Assembly (NCBI GenBank): GCA_003213595.1
Contig: QCMR01000002.1
Coordinates: 128,015 to 192,014, forward strand
From: SAR86 cluster bacterium AG-422-E19
GTDB lineage: Bacteria > Pseudomonadota > Gammaproteobacteria > Magnimaribacterales > AG-339-G14
Direction: 5' to 3'
Length of the DNA stretch: 64,000 nt
Made by a program: the position numbers and the translations under genes. Below are positions 1 through 11,506 of this stretch, one piece after another (the first letter of the stretch is position 1; the number at the start of each line of letters is the position of its first letter). The notes below the pieces were generated by a model that was given only the letters and a program-made list of their open reading frames with translations, was not told the origin of the DNA and ran no database searches.

Positions 1-144
<144 letters not shown>

Positions 145-174
145 TTACCTCGTATTAAAAAAATATTTAATTGT

Positions 175-468
175 TTACTTGGAAACCGTTCCAAGAAGAT
201 CGCTTTCACTGAGAATTAGTAATTCTTCACCATCGACTTTTATAGTGTTGCTTCCTGCGTATTGGCCAAAAACTACTGTGTCTCCGACACTTACTGGAAT
301 TTCAACTTTTTCTCCTGAATCAAGAACTCTTCCTGGTCCAATAGCTAACACTTCACCTTGGGAAGGCTTTTCAGCTGCAGAACCAGGCAAAACAATACCT
401 CCTGCAGTGGTTTCTTCCTCTTCACTCCTTCTTACGAGAAGTTTGTCTCCTAATGGATTAAATTTCAT
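175..468 (-). CDS. groES: Co-chaperonin GroES (Cpn10)
   Basis: 97 aa. [14 protein letters not shown]...[26 protein letters not shown] matches the Cpn10 mobile loop and fold. Directly upstream of groEL. Confidence 0.97.
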   Translation of the reverse strand: MKFNPLGDKLLVRRSEEEETTAGGIVLPGSAAEKPSQGEVLAIGPGRVLDSGEKVEIPVSVGDTVVFGQYAGSNTIKVDGEELLILSESDLLGTVSK

Positions 469-510
469 ATTAGCACTCCTTAAAAATAACTAAACAAATG
501 TGAGATGCGC

Positions 511-539
511 ATTCTATTAAACGAACGCTCAATTCACAA
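511..539 (-). promoter_or_regulatory. Putative sigma-70-type promoter for groES-groEL
   Basis: Read on the minus strand: -35 TTGTGA (539..534), 17-nt spacer, -10 TAGAAT (516..511), about 43 nt upstream of the groES ATG. Pattern match only. I could not find a convincing sigma-32 consensus. Confidence 0.3.
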
Positions 540-558
540 CACTTATTTATTTATGTTC

Positions 559-906
559 TTAAGGTCTTTTTTTCAAGAAAAAAATAAAAAAAATTGCAAA
601 AGTTACACCTAAAATGTCTGAAAAAAAGTCAAAAATACTTCCGGTTCTATAATTTAGAAAAGTTTGAACAATTTCAGTAAACAAAGCATACAAAATACAG
701 AAAATTAGCGCGTAATTCCTTTTTAATTTTCCGACTATTAAAAAGAAAGTCATTAAGAAAAAAATAGAAAAATGAGCAATTTTATCTAAGTGAGGAAAAA
801 TTTCTCGACCATCATCTTTGAAAGGGGCAAAAAATAAATACAGAGAAATTAAAAATAGAATATAAAAACTATTTAACCATCTATTGAAATATAGGCTTCT
901 ATTCAA
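559..906 (-). CDS. Small VanZ-like integral membrane protein
   Basis: 115 aa with about 4 hydrophobic helices. The layout DKIAHFSIFF ... FTEIVQ ... RTGSIFD is typical of the VanZ family. Confidence 0.55.
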   Translation of the reverse strand: MNRSLYFNRWLNSFYILFLISLYLFFAPFKDDGREIFPHLDKIAHFSIFFLMTFFLIVGKLKRNYALIFCILYALFTEIVQTFLNYRTGSIFDFFSDILGVTFAIFFIFFLKKRP

Positions 907-2179
907 AACCCAGTTCTTGTCTTCTTTTATGGACCATTATCGAGAAAATAATTGCCGGAATTCCAAGTAAAGCGCAAATTATGAAAAACTCATGAAACCC
1001 CATATTATCGACAATTATTCCTGAACCTCCCGAAATAATCCTTGGAGGCACAGAAACCAATGCCACTAAAAAAGCAAACTGTGTTGCGGTAAAACTTTTC
1101 GAAACAATGGTACCGAGAATAGTAACACCCATCACATTCACAAACCCCTGAGTAAAATTATCTAAAGTGATCGTCACTATCAGGAAATTCACATCATGAC
1201 CAATCATGTTCAGATATATAAAAGGAAGATTTGTTAAAGGAGTAAGAATGGCTCCTGCAACCAAGTTTTTTGAAAGGCCAAAACGATAAACTGAAGCTCC
1301 AGCAAATAGACCGCCCAAGATAGTCATGATAAGTCCATAAAAATTAGTTATCTCAGCAACTTCAATTTTTGTAAATCCTGTTTCTCTGTAGAACGGCATA
1401 GCCATTGGGCCTAAAAACATATCGCTCAGTCGATAAGTAAATATCAAAAGAAGTAACAGCAATAGATGGTTCTTATATCTTAAATAAAGATCTTTTAAAG
1501 GAGCTAAAAAAGAATCTTCAAGCCATCCAAAAGGTTCCTTAAAAAAGTCTTTTGGCGGTCTGATCTCTCTGGTTGGCTCTTTTATGAGTATTAGGAAAAT
1601 AAAAGACAAAAAGATTACAATTATGCCAATCATTTGATAAGCAAAATTCCATCCAAAAAATTCAGCTAAGTAAAAAGTTGCTACTCCAGAAAGCAAAATA
1701 GCTCCGATTCTCCAACCAATAACAAAAACTGCTGATGCCTCACCTAACTCTCTTTTTTCAACAAGTTCTATTCTTAATGCGTCAGCACATATGTCTTGCG
1801 TAGCAGAAAAAAACCCAATTGCAAGAATCAAATATACAAAGATATTTAAACTTTCTTTAGGCTCAACAAAACTTATGGATAATATGATTAGACCGGTTAC
1901 AAACTGAGATAAAAACAACCACGATTTTCTTTGTCCTAACCTATGAAGTCTTGGTATTTTTAAACGATCTACTAAAGGAGCCCAAAATACTTTTAAGGAA
2001 TAAATTAAAAAAACCAAAGAAAGTAGTCCAATAGTAGATTTTTCAATGCCCTCTTCTGATAACCAGTAGTTCAAGGGATCCATTAGGACCCCATAGGGGA
2101 CCCCGGAAATGAAACCCAAACACAAAATTACTAAAATTTGAGGACTTAAATAATTCCTTAAAGAATCTATAAAAGTCAT
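899..2179 (-). CDS. ampG: AmpG-family MFS muropeptide permease
   Basis: 426-aa polytopic MFS protein with an AmpG/PAT-like N-terminus (LGFISGVPYG...). ampD lies two genes away. Confidence 0.75.
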   Translation of the reverse strand: MTFIDSLRNYLSPQILVILCLGFISGVPYGVLMDPLNYWLSEEGIEKSTIGLLSLVFLIYSLKVFWAPLVDRLKIPRLHRLGQRKSWLFLSQFVTGLIILSISFVEPKESLNIFVYLILAIGFFSATQDICADALRIELVEKRELGEASAVFVIGWRIGAILLSGVATFYLAEFFGWNFAYQMIGIIVIFLSFIFLILIKEPTREIRPPKDFFKEPFGWLEDSFLAPLKDLYLRYKNHLLLLLLLIFTYRLSDMFLGPMAMPFYRETGFTKIEVAEITNFYGLIMTILGGLFAGASVYRFGLSKNLVAGAILTPLTNLPFIYLNMIGHDVNFLIVTITLDNFTQGFVNVMGVTILGTIVSKSFTATQFAFLVALVSVPPRIISGGSGIIVDNMGFHEFFIICALLGIPAIIFSIMVHKRRQELGFE

Positions 2180-2182
2180 TTT

Positions 2183-2665
2183 TTAGTCTCTAAAATTTTG
2201 AAATTGCAGAGGTATATCGAAATTTTGTTCTTTTATTAGTGTGATCGCAGCTTGAAGATCATCTCTTTTCTTTCCAGAAACTCTTACTGAGTCTCCTTGA
2301 ATTGAGCTCTGTACTTTCATTTTTTTTGATTTTATAAGTGCATTAATTTCTTTTCCTATTTCACTTGAAATACCTTGAACAAGCTCAATATTTACTGAAG
2401 CTGAATTGTTGGCTTCGTGAGTCTCGCCTATTTTTAAACTTTTTAAGTCAATTTTACGTTTACTTAAATTTTCTTTGAGAATTGGGATAATTTGGTCCAA
2501 TTGAAAGGACTCATTAGCAGAAACTTTAATTTCGTCCTCTTGCAAAGCCACATTGGCGTTTGCATCTTTAAGGTCGTATCTATTAGTGATAACTCTATTA
2601 GTTTGGTCTATTGCATTTGATAACTCATGGTTATCAATTTTGGATTCAATATCAAAAGACGGCAT
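2183..2665 (-). CDS. yajQ: YajQ-family nucleotide-binding protein (UPF0234)
   Basis: 160 aa, colinear with E. coli YajQ: MPSFDI... at the start and ...IQGDSVRVSGKKRDDLQAAI...LQFQNFRD at the end. Confidence 0.9.
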   Translation of the reverse strand: MPSFDIESKIDNHELSNAIDQTNRVITNRYDLKDANANVALQEDEIKVSANESFQLDQIIPILKENLSKRKIDLKSLKIGETHEANNSASVNIELVQGISSEIGKEINALIKSKKMKVQSSIQGDSVRVSGKKRDDLQAAITLIKEQNFDIPLQFQNFRD

Positions 2666-2674
2666 AAAGCTATT

Positions 2675-3205
2675 TTATCTTATCTTCGACCAATCAAAAA
2701 AGGGTCCTGGGTCAGTCTTTCTGTCTGGTGCTATTTCAGAATGGCCTACGATGTTTTCTTTTTTTATCTCCGGAAAAGAACTGCAAAGAATTTCAATAAG
2801 CTTATTTAGAGAATCATATTGATTATCTTCAAAGGGAGCATTGTCACTGCCAATGAGTTCAATGCCTAATGAAAAATCATTACAATTTTCTTGGTTTTTA
2901 AATGAAGATGGGCCGGCATGCCATGCCCTGTCATAAACCGAAACGAATTGATAAATTTTTCCTGTTCGATCAATTACAAAGTGACTAGATACTTTTAGGC
3001 CTTTTATCTCATGAAAAAACTCATGGGACTCGAAATCAAGTTCGTTTTTGAAGAATTTTTTGACATTTTCAGGTGCAAAGTTTTCTGGTGGCAAGCTAAT
3101 GTTGTGAATAACGATGAGCTTTATCTCAGAATTTTTTGGTCTTTGATCAAAGTTTGGAGATATATGTTTTTCCGCGTTTGTAAGCCAACCTTCTTTATTT
3201 ATCAT
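2675..3205 (-). CDS. ampD: 1,6-anhydro-N-acetylmuramyl-L-alanine amidase AmpD
   Basis: Amidase_2 motifs are present: VIHNISLPP, RAWHAG, CNDFSLGIELIG, GHSEIAPDRKTDPGPFFDW. Confidence 0.9.
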   Translation of the reverse strand: MINKEGWLTNAEKHISPNFDQRPKNSEIKLIVIHNISLPPENFAPENVKKFFKNELDFESHEFFHEIKGLKVSSHFVIDRTGKIYQFVSVYDRAWHAGPSSFKNQENCNDFSLGIELIGSDNAPFEDNQYDSLNKLIEILCSSFPEIKKENIVGHSEIAPDRKTDPGPFFDWSKIR

Positions 3206-4436
3206 TTCCCATCTTTTCAGCCAGTATTTCGCCAGTAGCTGCGCCTAAAGTCCAGCCTAAGTGACCATGTCCCGTATTGTAAAATATACCCTTAACTTTA
3301 CTCTCAAATATTAAAGGCATCATGTCAGGTGTCATAGGTCTCAAACCAGCCCAGGGCGTATAGTTTTCCGTGCTTACAGAAGGAAAATATTCTCTTACCC
3401 AGTTAAGCAAAGGACGAATTCTATCTTGTCTGATATCTTTATTTTTTCCTGCCAATTCTGCAGTTCCTGCAACCCTAAGTCTATTACCAAGCCTGCTGGA
3501 AACAATTTTTACCGGATCATCCAATAAAGAAACCTGAGGAGCAGCTTGTTGAGAAATCATGTCGTCAAGATAGATGGTCACACTATAACCTTTGACAGGA
3601 TAAACCCTCATGCCATCACCTAATATATCTGCAAACTTTTGAGTTTCAACGCCAGCACAAACTGCAACTTGATCGAAAACATATCCTTTTGAATTAGCTT
3701 GATCTGTCGCAGAAAGAATTACTTTATCTTTGTCCTTGTAGATTGTTTCTATTTCGGTGTTGAAAAAAGTTTCCACACCATATTTTTCTTCCAAGGTTTT
3801 GATCATATTAGTACAAAATTTATGGATATCACCACTTGCATCGGATTTTGTATAAATTCCCCCGACTATTTTCTTTTCGTTACTTGCGGACTTGAATGCA
3901 GGTTCCAAGTCTTCAATTTCATCCAAAGATAAAGCCTCCCATTCCATACCTTCCTGATCTAGCCAAGAAGCTTTGTCTGCTGCAGAATTAAATTCTTTTT
4001 CGTCATTGTAAAAATGAAGAATACCTTTCTTTAAAAGATCAAACTTAATACCTTCAGAGTCTGCTATATCAAAGTATATTTCTCTGGCTCTTTTGGCTAA
4101 CTCAATAGTTTGTTGAGTATTAGATTTATGTTTGCCATTAAATGTAGCTAAAAGAAAACCAATCATCCACTTGTATTTTTGAATGCTGGGCGAGGGATTA
4201 AAAAGAAGCGGAGCATCTTTCTTGAACATCCACTTAATTCCGTTAAGTATGTTTTTTGTAGTATTCCAAGTTTCGGAATTACTGGCACTTAATTGACCTC
4301 CATTAGCATAACTAGTTGCCATTGCAGGGTATCTTCTGGAATCAATTAAAGTAACTTTGTGACCTTTTTTAGCAAGTGCGTATGCTGTTGTTATGCCAGC
4401 GATACCAGCTCCGATAATTGCTATGTCACTTTTCAT
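3195..4436 (-). CDS. dadA: FAD-dependent D-amino acid dehydrogenase (DadA-like)
   Basis: N-terminal FAD fold IAIIGAGIAGITTAYALAKKGHKVTLID. Colinear with E. coli DadA (...GIKWMFKKDAPL...). Its stop overlaps the ampD start by 11 nt. Confidence 0.8.
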   Translation of the reverse strand: MKSDIAIIGAGIAGITTAYALAKKGHKVTLIDSRRYPAMATSYANGGQLSASNSETWNTTKNILNGIKWMFKKDAPLLFNPSPSIQKYKWMIGFLLATFNGKHKSNTQQTIELAKRAREIYFDIADSEGIKFDLLKKGILHFYNDEKEFNSAADKASWLDQEGMEWEALSLDEIEDLEPAFKSASNEKKIVGGIYTKSDASGDIHKFCTNMIKTLEEKYGVETFFNTEIETIYKDKDKVILSATDQANSKGYVFDQVAVCAGVETQKFADILGDGMRVYPVKGYSVTIYLDDMISQQAAPQVSLLDDPVKIVSSRLGNRLRVAGTAELAGKNKDIRQDRIRPLLNWVREYFPSVSTENYTPWAGLRPMTPDMMPLIFESKVKGIFYNTGHGHLGWTLGAATGEILAEKMGNDK

Positions 4437-5401
4437 CTAAGCTCTTTTGGAAGTTTGAAGGATATATTTTCTTTAAGGCCTTGGATTTCTTCAACTATAG
4501 AAAATCCAAAACCTTTACAGTAAGAAATTATTTCTTTGACAAGTTCTTCAGGAGCTGAAGCTCCTGATGTGATTCCTAATTTACTGATGTTTTTCAAAGA
4601 GTCCTCAGAAAGTTGCGAAACATGGTCTACCAAGCATGATTCCGTTCCCATAAGCTCTGCTAGTTCCTTCAATCGATTTGAATTTGAGCTATTTTCGGAA
4701 CCAACAACAATTATAAAGTCTGTTTCTAAAGCAAGCTGCTTTACAGCATCTTGTCTATTTTGTGTTGCATAACAAATATCATCTGCATTTGGTGATTTTA
4801 TTTCAGGAAATCTTTTCTTAAGTATTTCAATGATTTGCTGCGTGTCATCTACCGAGAGAGTTGTCTGAGTAACTAAAGCCAAATTAGACGGCTGACAAAT
4901 ATTTATGTTTTGAGCATCCTTTTCATCTTCAACGAGATATATTTTTCCTGAACTTTCATTTGGAAACCTGCCAAGAGTTCCCTCAACTTCAGGATGATTT
5001 CTATGTCCGATCATTATGACGTCTCTTCCTTGCTGAGCATATTTAATGACTTCCATATGTACTTTAGTAACAAGTGGGCAAGTAGCGTCAAAAAAGTTTA
5101 AATTATATTTTTTTGCTTGAGATTCTACTTTTTCAGATACCCCATGAGCTGAAAATATTGTGACAGATCCTTCTGGAACCTCATCAAGATTATCAACAAA
5201 TCTAGCTCCACGAATTTTTAGGTCTTGCACAACTTTTCGATTGTGAACAACTTCATGCCTAACATAAACAGGAGGCCCAAACTTATCCAAAGCAATGTTT
5301 ACGATATCTATTGCCCTATCTACCCCGGCGCAAAAGCCTCTAGGATTAGCTAGCTTAATGGTCTTACACTGCATCAGATTTATGCATAAAAAAGGAATCA
5401 A
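4433..5401 (-). CDS. ispH: 4-hydroxy-3-methylbut-2-enyl diphosphate reductase IspH
   Basis: [13 protein letters not shown] plus the other conserved Cys and His residues of LytB. The true start is probably Met10 (ATG at 5374). The lspA-ispH order is as in other gammaproteobacteria, but fkpB is absent between them. Confidence 0.95.
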   Translation of the reverse strand: MIPFLCINLMQCKTIKLANPRGFCAGVDRAIDIVNIALDKFGPPVYVRHEVVHNRKVVQDLKIRGARFVDNLDEVPEGSVTIFSAHGVSEKVESQAKKYNLNFFDATCPLVTKVHMEVIKYAQQGRDVIMIGHRNHPEVEGTLGRFPNESSGKIYLVEDEKDAQNINICQPSNLALVTQTTLSVDDTQQIIEILKKRFPEIKSPNADDICYATQNRQDAVKQLALETDFIIVVGSENSSNSNRLKELAELMGTESCLVDHVSQLSEDSLKNISKLGITSGASAPEELVKEIISYCKGFGFSIVEEIQGLKENISFKLPKELR

Positions 5402-5879
5402 ACAATAAAAAAATTATACCTAATGTCACAAAGCAGTCAGCTAAATTAAATACAAAAGGATTAAATGTTATATCAATAAAATCTACAACATAGCCTCTAG
5501 AGATTCGATCTAAAAGATTTCCCAAGCCACCAGCAAGAATGAGGCTCCAAAAAACCCTTTCTTTGAAAAGGATTTCTTTGAATACAAGATTGGTAAAAAT
5601 TGCTAAAAAAAGATAAAAACATATTAAAGAAACTAACAAAATAAATATTAATCCTAAGTTAAGAGAAGCATCATTAAATAAATTAAAAGCGCCGCCAAAA
5701 TTTTTTATAAAAGTGAAGTTTAAAAACGGAATTATGTTTGTAGACTCATAAAGATTAAAGTTTGCTTCAATAAAGTATTTTGAGAATTGATCAAAAAAGA
5801 CCAAAGAAATAATTAATGCAGTCAGAAAGAATAATTTTTGTGTTTTAAAAAAACTTTCTTTTTTCACCCTCGCCCTCAA
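5364..5879 (-). CDS. lspA: Lipoprotein signal peptidase II
   Basis: 171 aa with 4 TM helices. Motifs [15 protein letters not shown] and FNLAD. Immediately downstream of ileS. Confidence 0.9.
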   Translation of the reverse strand: MRARVKKESFFKTQKLFFLTALIISLVFFDQFSKYFIEANFNLYESTNIIPFLNFTFIKNFGGAFNLFNDASLNLGLIFILLVSLICFYLFLAIFTNLVFKEILFKERVFWSLILAGGLGNLLDRISRGYVVDFIDITFNPFVFNLADCFVTLGIIFLLFDSFFMHKSDAV

Positions 5880-8619
5880 CGTTTTCTATACACCTTGGGC
5901 ATAAACTTGAATCTAAAATCTTTTTGAGATTACCCGTATGATGCCAGCAACGATCACATTTTTCTTTATCGGAGGATTTTACTTCAATTGAAATGGAAGA
6001 TTGACCATCGTCATCGGCAACCTCCAAGGAAGCATCTGAAACAATTAAAAGAAATTTCAACTCATCAATACAAGGACTTAATCTTAAAAAGGTCTCAGAG
6101 TTACAGAAGATTTTTACTTCAGCGTCTAAGGAAGAACCAATAATTCCGTCATTTCTTTTTTCCTCCAAAAGTTTATTTGCTTCAATTTTTATTTCATTTA
6201 ACACTTTCCAAGAATCTTCATCTAAAGTTAGGGATATATCTTCTTGAGCTGATGAAAAACTTTCTAGGAAAATAGACTTTTTGTCTTTATAGAACTCTCT
6301 GAAAGCCTCTTCTGCAGTGAAACTTAAAATTGGTGCAATCCATAACAATAATTTATCCAAAAGGCTTTTTATTGTTGCTTGCGCTGAAATTCTGGCAAAA
6401 CCAGATTTTTTTGAGGTATAGAGTCTGTCTTTGAGAATATCTAAATAAAAACTACCCAATTCGTTGGTACAAAAATTTAGAATTTTTTGATAAACCAAAT
6501 GAAACTCATAATTTGAATAATCTTCAATAATTTCATTTTGGAGTTTTTCAGCCTCTTTAAGAATCCATATATCTATTTCCACTCTTGAATCTAAACTGAC
6601 TTCTTTCTGATGATCAAAATCATATAAATTTGATAACAAAAATCTAATCGTATTTCTGATTCTTCTGTAAGAATCCGCGGTTCTATCAAGGATTTCATCT
6701 GAAAAATAAATTTCATTTCTAAAATCTGATGAAGCTACCCATGCCCTCAGAATATCAGCTCCTTTCTTGTTCCAGACTGATTGAGGTGAGACAGTATTAC
6801 CCAGAGATTTGGATTGTTTTTTTCCTTCGCCATCAACTACAAATCCGTGTGTGAGAACTGATCTATACGGAGCCTCGTTATTAATAGCCATGCCAGTCAA
6901 TAAAGAAGACTGAAACCACCCCCTGTGTTGATCTGAACCTTCTAAATATAGATCAGCAGGATAAGATAAATTTTCTCTTTGTTCTAAAACACAATGATGA
7001 GTTACGCCAGAGTCAAACCAGACGTCCAGGATGTCAGAAGATTTTTCATATAATTCATAGTCATCAATTAACGAACTTGGTTCCATATCATACCAAGCTT
7101 GGATGCCTATTTTTTCTACCTCTTGTGCAACTTTTTCTATAATTTCAAGAGTCTTAGGATGAAGTTCTCCAGTTTCTTTATTTGTGAACAAAGGAAGCGG
7201 TACCCCCCAAGAGCGTTGTCTTGATATACACCAATCTGGTCTTTCTTGCATCATTCCTTCAATTCTTGATTTTCCCCACTCTGGAAGCCAATTGATCTCA
7301 TTTATTTTTTCTTCAGAGTTTTGCAAGAGGAAGTTCTTTTCCATGGAAATAAACCATTGAGGTGTTGCTCTAAAAAAAACAGGAATTTTATGACGCCAAC
7401 AATTTGGAAAACTATGTCTATAAGTACTTTTACTGAGCAATAAAGATTTTTCAGCCAATAATTCAATAATTTTATTATTTGCCTCCTCTAAATTTAGTCC
7501 ACCAACAAATTCTTGGCTTTTGATAAATTCACCCTTTTCATCAACCGGACTCCGAAAATCTAAGTCTTTACCTAAGCAAGCATGATAATCATCCATACCG
7601 TGAGCAGGAGCTGTATGAACGAGTCCTGTTCCCATTTCATCGGTTACATGCGTTCCAGAAATAAATAAAGATCGTCTCTTTAAAAAAGGATGATTTGCTT
7701 CGATTTCGTTTAATGCACTTCCAGGTAACTTACCCAAAACATTGTGTGAACAAACATCAACTCTCTCTAAAGTTCTTTCCTTTAAAGTTGAAGCAACTAA
7801 TACAGCTATTTGATTATTTTCATGTTCAAATTCTATTAATTCATATTGAAACTCAGGATTGAAAGAGATTGCTTGGTTGCTTGGAATTGTCCAAGGAGTA
7901 GTAGTCCATGATGCAGCAAAAGTTGGAGAATTAATTTCTAATGAAAGTAAATTTTCAAGAACTTCCTTTTGTATTGGAAAGAGGAAATCTATCGCTTTAG
8001 ATTCTTTGTCATAATATTCAACTTCAGCTTCAGCAAGTGCGGACTTGCATTCTGAACACCAGTAGACAGGTTTTTCTCCTCTTACTAAATGATTGGCTTC
8101 AATTATTTTGCCAAGCGCTCTGATGGTATTCGCCTCATAATCAAAAGACATGGTTTTGTAAGGATTTTTCCAGTCCGCTTGAATCCCAAGCCTTTTAAAA
8201 TCATTCCTTTGAATGGCAATTTGTTGGTTAGCGTATTCTCTACACTCTTCTCTAAATTTATCAGCGGGAACTTCAACATTTACCTTTCCAATCTTTTTTT
8301 CAACATTCAATTCGATTGGAAGCCCATGACAATCCCAGCCTGGAATGTATGGAGAGTTGAACCCTTGAAGTTGTTTAAATTTAATAATGATATCTTTCAA
8401 TACCTTATTATTTGTAGTTCCAAGGTGAATCGGACCATTTGCATAAGGTGGTCCGTCGTGTAATAAAAAATTTGGTCCATTTTTATTTTTACTTTGCAGC
8501 AAGTCATAAAGCTTAATTTCTTCCCAATACTTAATCATCTCTGGCTCTTTCTGAGCCAAATTGGCTTTCATGGAAAATCCTGTTTTAGGCAGATTTAAAG
8601 TATCTTTAATTTTTTTCAT
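5845..8619 (-). CDS. ileS: Isoleucyl-tRNA synthetase
   Basis: 924 aa. Class I signatures [11 protein letters not shown] (HIGH) and KQSKS (KMSKS). CP1 editing region present. C-terminal CDRCWH...CPRC zinc finger. Confidence 0.98.
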   Translation of the reverse strand: MKKIKDTLNLPKTGFSMKANLAQKEPEMIKYWEEIKLYDLLQSKNKNGPNFLLHDGPPYANGPIHLGTTNNKVLKDIIIKFKQLQGFNSPYIPGWDCHGLPIELNVEKKIGKVNVEVPADKFREECREYANQQIAIQRNDFKRLGIQADWKNPYKTMSFDYEANTIRALGKIIEANHLVRGEKPVYWCSECKSALAEAEVEYYDKESKAIDFLFPIQKEVLENLLSLEINSPTFAASWTTTPWTIPSNQAISFNPEFQYELIEFEHENNQIAVLVASTLKERTLERVDVCSHNVLGKLPGSALNEIEANHPFLKRRSLFISGTHVTDEMGTGLVHTAPAHGMDDYHACLGKDLDFRSPVDEKGEFIKSQEFVGGLNLEEANNKIIELLAEKSLLLSKSTYRHSFPNCWRHKIPVFFRATPQWFISMEKNFLLQNSEEKINEINWLPEWGKSRIEGMMQERPDWCISRQRSWGVPLPLFTNKETGELHPKTLEIIEKVAQEVEKIGIQAWYDMEPSSLIDDYELYEKSSDILDVWFDSGVTHHCVLEQRENLSYPADLYLEGSDQHRGWFQSSLLTGMAINNEAPYRSVLTHGFVVDGEGKKQSKSLGNTVSPQSVWNKKGADILRAWVASSDFRNEIYFSDEILDRTADSYRRIRNTIRFLLSNLYDFDHQKEVSLDSRVEIDIWILKEAEKLQNEIIEDYSNYEFHLVYQKILNFCTNELGSFYLDILKDRLYTSKKSGFARISAQATIKSLLDKLLLWIAPILSFTAEEAFREFYKDKKSIFLESFSSAQEDISLTLDEDSWKVLNEIKIEANKLLEEKRNDGIIGSSLDAEVKIFCNSETFLRLSPCIDELKFLLIVSDASLEVADDDGQSSISIEVKSSDKEKCDRCWHHTGNLKKILDSSLCPRCIENVEGEGEKRKFF

Positions 8620-9562
8620 CTAGTAATTGTTCTTTTGCAGTATTTACGTCTTTTGCAATTTGTTTTTTTAGATCATCAAGACTATCGAACTTTTTTTCAT
8701 CTCTTATTTTTTTAACGAATTCTACTTTTATACGCTTCCCATATATTTCTTTTTTAAAATCAAAAATATTTACTTCTAGTACTGGAGACGTACCTCCAAC
8801 CGTAGGTCTGATTCCAATATTGGCAATACCCTCAAATTCTGACACATCTATTGAAATCTTTACAGAGAACACTCCTTTTATAGGCAAATTATTTTTCGGA
8901 AGCCATATATTTGCGGTTGGGAATCCTATTGATCTCCCCAATCTGTTTCCATGAACAACTTTTCCCTCAAAGGAGTAAGGTCTGCCCAATAATTTCTTTG
9001 TTGTCGAAAAATCACTTAAAGATAGTGTTTCTCTAATCCAAGTACTGCTAACGCGACGGTTATCGATTGAAAAAGTAGGTAATTTTGACAATGAAATACC
9101 CTGACTCTTACTCCAATCTTTAAGCATCAAAAAATCTCCTTTTCTATCCTGTCCAAATCTAAAGTCATCTCCTATCATTAAATTGCTAATATTTAATGGT
9201 CCTAAAACTTTTTCAATAAATATTTCTGGACTCATTGTTTGAAGAGACTTATTGAATTTTAAGAAAAAGGCAAAATCTATATTTTCATTTTCTAAATTTT
9301 TAAACTTGTCACGCCAAGGGGAGATTCTTGCTGGCTGCTCCATGATGTTTTTATCCATAGAAAAGAATTCCTTTGCATGAGGTTCAGTAAATATCACCAT
9401 TGTTTTAGCACTTGAATTTTGAGAAATATTTTTCATTTCCTGAATAATTTTTTTATGGCCTTTATGGAGGCCATCAAAGTTCCCAATAGTAACTACGAGT
9501 TGTTCTTCGCTAAATCTCTCATTGAATAGCGATAAGTTTTTTAATCCTCTTATCAAATACAT
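8606..9562 (-). CDS. ribF: Bifunctional riboflavin kinase / FMN adenylyltransferase
   Basis: N-terminal GNFDGLHKGH nucleotidyltransferase motif and a C-terminal riboflavin kinase domain (GFPTANI...). ribF-ileS synteny. Confidence 0.95.
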   Translation of the reverse strand: MYLIRGLKNLSLFNERFSEEQLVVTIGNFDGLHKGHKKIIQEMKNISQNSSAKTMVIFTEPHAKEFFSMDKNIMEQPARISPWRDKFKNLENENIDFAFFLKFNKSLQTMSPEIFIEKVLGPLNISNLMIGDDFRFGQDRKGDFLMLKDWSKSQGISLSKLPTFSIDNRRVSSTWIRETLSLSDFSTTKKLLGRPYSFEGKVVHGNRLGRSIGFPTANIWLPKNNLPIKGVFSVKISIDVSEFEGIANIGIRPTVGGTSPVLEVNIFDFKKEIYGKRIKVEFVKKIRDEKKFDSLDDLKKQIAKDVNTAKEQLLDEKN

Positions 9563-11119
9563 TTAATTTTTAAAAAAACTCATCCTTAAGCCGAGTACAA
9601 ACATTAAACCAAAATATATAAATGCTCCAAAGAAAATGATGGAGAGTAAATTAAAAATTTGAACTAACAAACTCCAGTCGGAAAAGTTAGGAAATAATGT
9701 TTGAAAGCCAAGAAGTCCAATAAATAAACCTATAGAACTGATAATAATTTTCATAAGAAAAATCACTGAATCTCCTTCCAGGGTTAATATGGATCGTTTT
9801 ATAAGTATAAAACTCAAAATAAAAAAGCTAACTATCGCAGCTATAACACTTCCAATTGCTAAACCAATATGACCATAACCAAACTTAAAAGCAAAAAGCC
9901 AATTAAAAAATACATTTAGGATCAAGGATACTAGAGCAACATACATTGGAGTTTTGGGATCTTGTCTTGCAAAAAAACCTACATTCAGAATTTTTATAGC
10001 CATAAATGCAATCAACCCAAAACAAAATGCTTTTAGACTATAACTTGTCATAAGAGCATCTGAAGTTGAAAACTCACCTCGCAAGAATAAAATGCTAATG
10101 ATTTCCGAGCTTAAAAAGTAAAGCCCTACTGATGACGGGATACCTACAATAAATATAAATTTTAAAGCCCAATTAAATTTTTCATTGAATTCCAAATCAT
10201 TTTTTAGAGCAGCAGCATTTGATAAAGCGGGCAAAATAACTGTAGCTGCAGCAATAGCAAAAATTCCTAAAGGTAATTGAATTAGTCTATCTGAAAGATA
10301 TAGCCAAGTTGGACTTCCAGTTTTTAGTAGGGATGCAAAAATTGTATCTATAAGGATATTAATTTGAATTATTCCACCACTTAAAATTCCTGGAAGCATC
10401 AATATTGAAATTTTTTTTAATCCAGGATGATTAAAATCCAATTTTAATTTTGGAAGCAGCTTGAGTTTGAGAATAGGAATTATATTTATAAAAAATTGAA
10501 TGAGTCCTGCGGCAAAAACTCCCCAAGCAATAGCCAAAACCGGAAGTTGAAAGTAATCTGTAAAGAATATTGCTCCAATAATAATGCTTAAATTAAAAGC
10601 AATAGGAGAAGCAGCTGGGATGGAAAAAAAGCTAAAAGAATTCAATATGGCCCCAAAAAAAGCAACCAAAGATACAAAAAATAGGTAAGGAAAAGTAATT
10701 CTTAAGACTTCTATCGCAAGAATTTTTTTCGCCGGATCAAAATAAAACCCTGGAGCAAAAATAAAAACCACGATTGGAGCAAAAATCATGAACAAAATAC
10801 AAAGGAATAAAACCAATGACGAAATTGCAGTAAAAGTTAAATCTATTAGCTTCTTTAGCTCTTCCTTTGATTGATTATTCTTATATTCCGTAAAGACAGG
10901 AATGAAAGCTTGGCTAAAAGCACCTTCAGCAACTAGCCTTCTGAATAAGTTGGGTATTTTTAGCATCACCACAAATACATCGTGAGCAACTCCAGCTCCT
11001 AAAATGTATGTGGTTGCTATGTCTCTTAAAACTCCAAAAATTCTCGAAATAAAAGTCCAAAATGAAACAACTAGAGTCTTTAGAGAAGTTTTAGTCTTTT
11101 GACTTTGTGAGGAATCCAA
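9563..11119 (-). CDS. murJ: Lipid II flippase MurJ (MviN)
   Basis: 518 aa with about 14 TM helices and an MviN-type N-terminus (SRIFGVLRD...EGAFSQAFIPVF). Confidence 0.9.
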   Translation of the reverse strand: MDSSQSQKTKTSLKTLVVSFWTFISRIFGVLRDIATTYILGAGVAHDVFVVMLKIPNLFRRLVAEGAFSQAFIPVFTEYKNNQSKEELKKLIDLTFTAISSLVLFLCILFMIFAPIVVFIFAPGFYFDPAKKILAIEVLRITFPYLFFVSLVAFFGAILNSFSFFSIPAASPIAFNLSIIIGAIFFTDYFQLPVLAIAWGVFAAGLIQFFINIIPILKLKLLPKLKLDFNHPGLKKISILMLPGILSGGIIQINILIDTIFASLLKTGSPTWLYLSDRLIQLPLGIFAIAAATVILPALSNAAALKNDLEFNEKFNWALKFIFIVGIPSSVGLYFLSSEIISILFLRGEFSTSDALMTSYSLKAFCFGLIAFMAIKILNVGFFARQDPKTPMYVALVSLILNVFFNWLFAFKFGYGHIGLAIGSVIAAIVSFFILSFILIKRSILTLEGDSVIFLMKIIISSIGLFIGLLGFQTLFPNFSDWSLLVQIFNLLSIIFFGAFIYFGLMFVLGLRMSFFKN

Positions 11120-11121
11120 CT

Positions 11122-11505
11122 TTATTTATCAGATTTTTTAAACTGCATTGCAACAGAATTCATACAATACCTTTTTCCTGTAGGCATCGGCCCATCAGGA
11201 AACAAATGTCCTAAATGAGCATTGCACTTTTGGCAATGCACTTCTGTTCGAATCATCCCATGACTTTTATCAATTTCTTCACCAACAGAATTTTCATTAA
11301 GAACATCCCAAAAGCTTGGCCATCCAGTTCCGGAATCATATTTTGTATCTGAGGAAAAAAGCTCGTTGCCACAACAAACACAAATAAAAATACCTTCCTC
11401 TTTTGTATCCAAAAATTCGCCAGAAAAAGGTGCTTCAGTTCCATGCTCTTGAGTGACTATGTAAGATGCTTTAGAAATTTTACCTTTGAGATCTTCTTTA
11501 TTCAT
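11122..11505 (-). CDS. msrB: Peptide-methionine (R)-S-oxide reductase MsrB
   Basis: Two CxxC zinc pairs (CVCC, CQKC), GTGWPSF, and the catalytic RYCMNS. Confidence 0.95.
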   Translation of the reverse strand: MNKEDLKGKISKASYIVTQEHGTEAPFSGEFLDTKEEGIFICVCCGNELFSSDTKYDSGTGWPSFWDVLNENSVGEEIDKSHGMIRTEVHCQKCNAHLGHLFPDGPMPTGKRYCMNSVAMQFKKSDK

Positions 11506-11506
11506 T

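Noticed and set aside
899-4436. ampG - yajQ - ampD - dadA cluster, considered as a possible novel muropeptide/D-amino-acid salvage system.
   Set aside because: All four are ordinary, widely distributed housekeeping genes. AmpG and AmpD function in normal peptidoglycan recycling without ampC/ampR. Adjacency in a genome this compact is weak evidence for a dedicated system.
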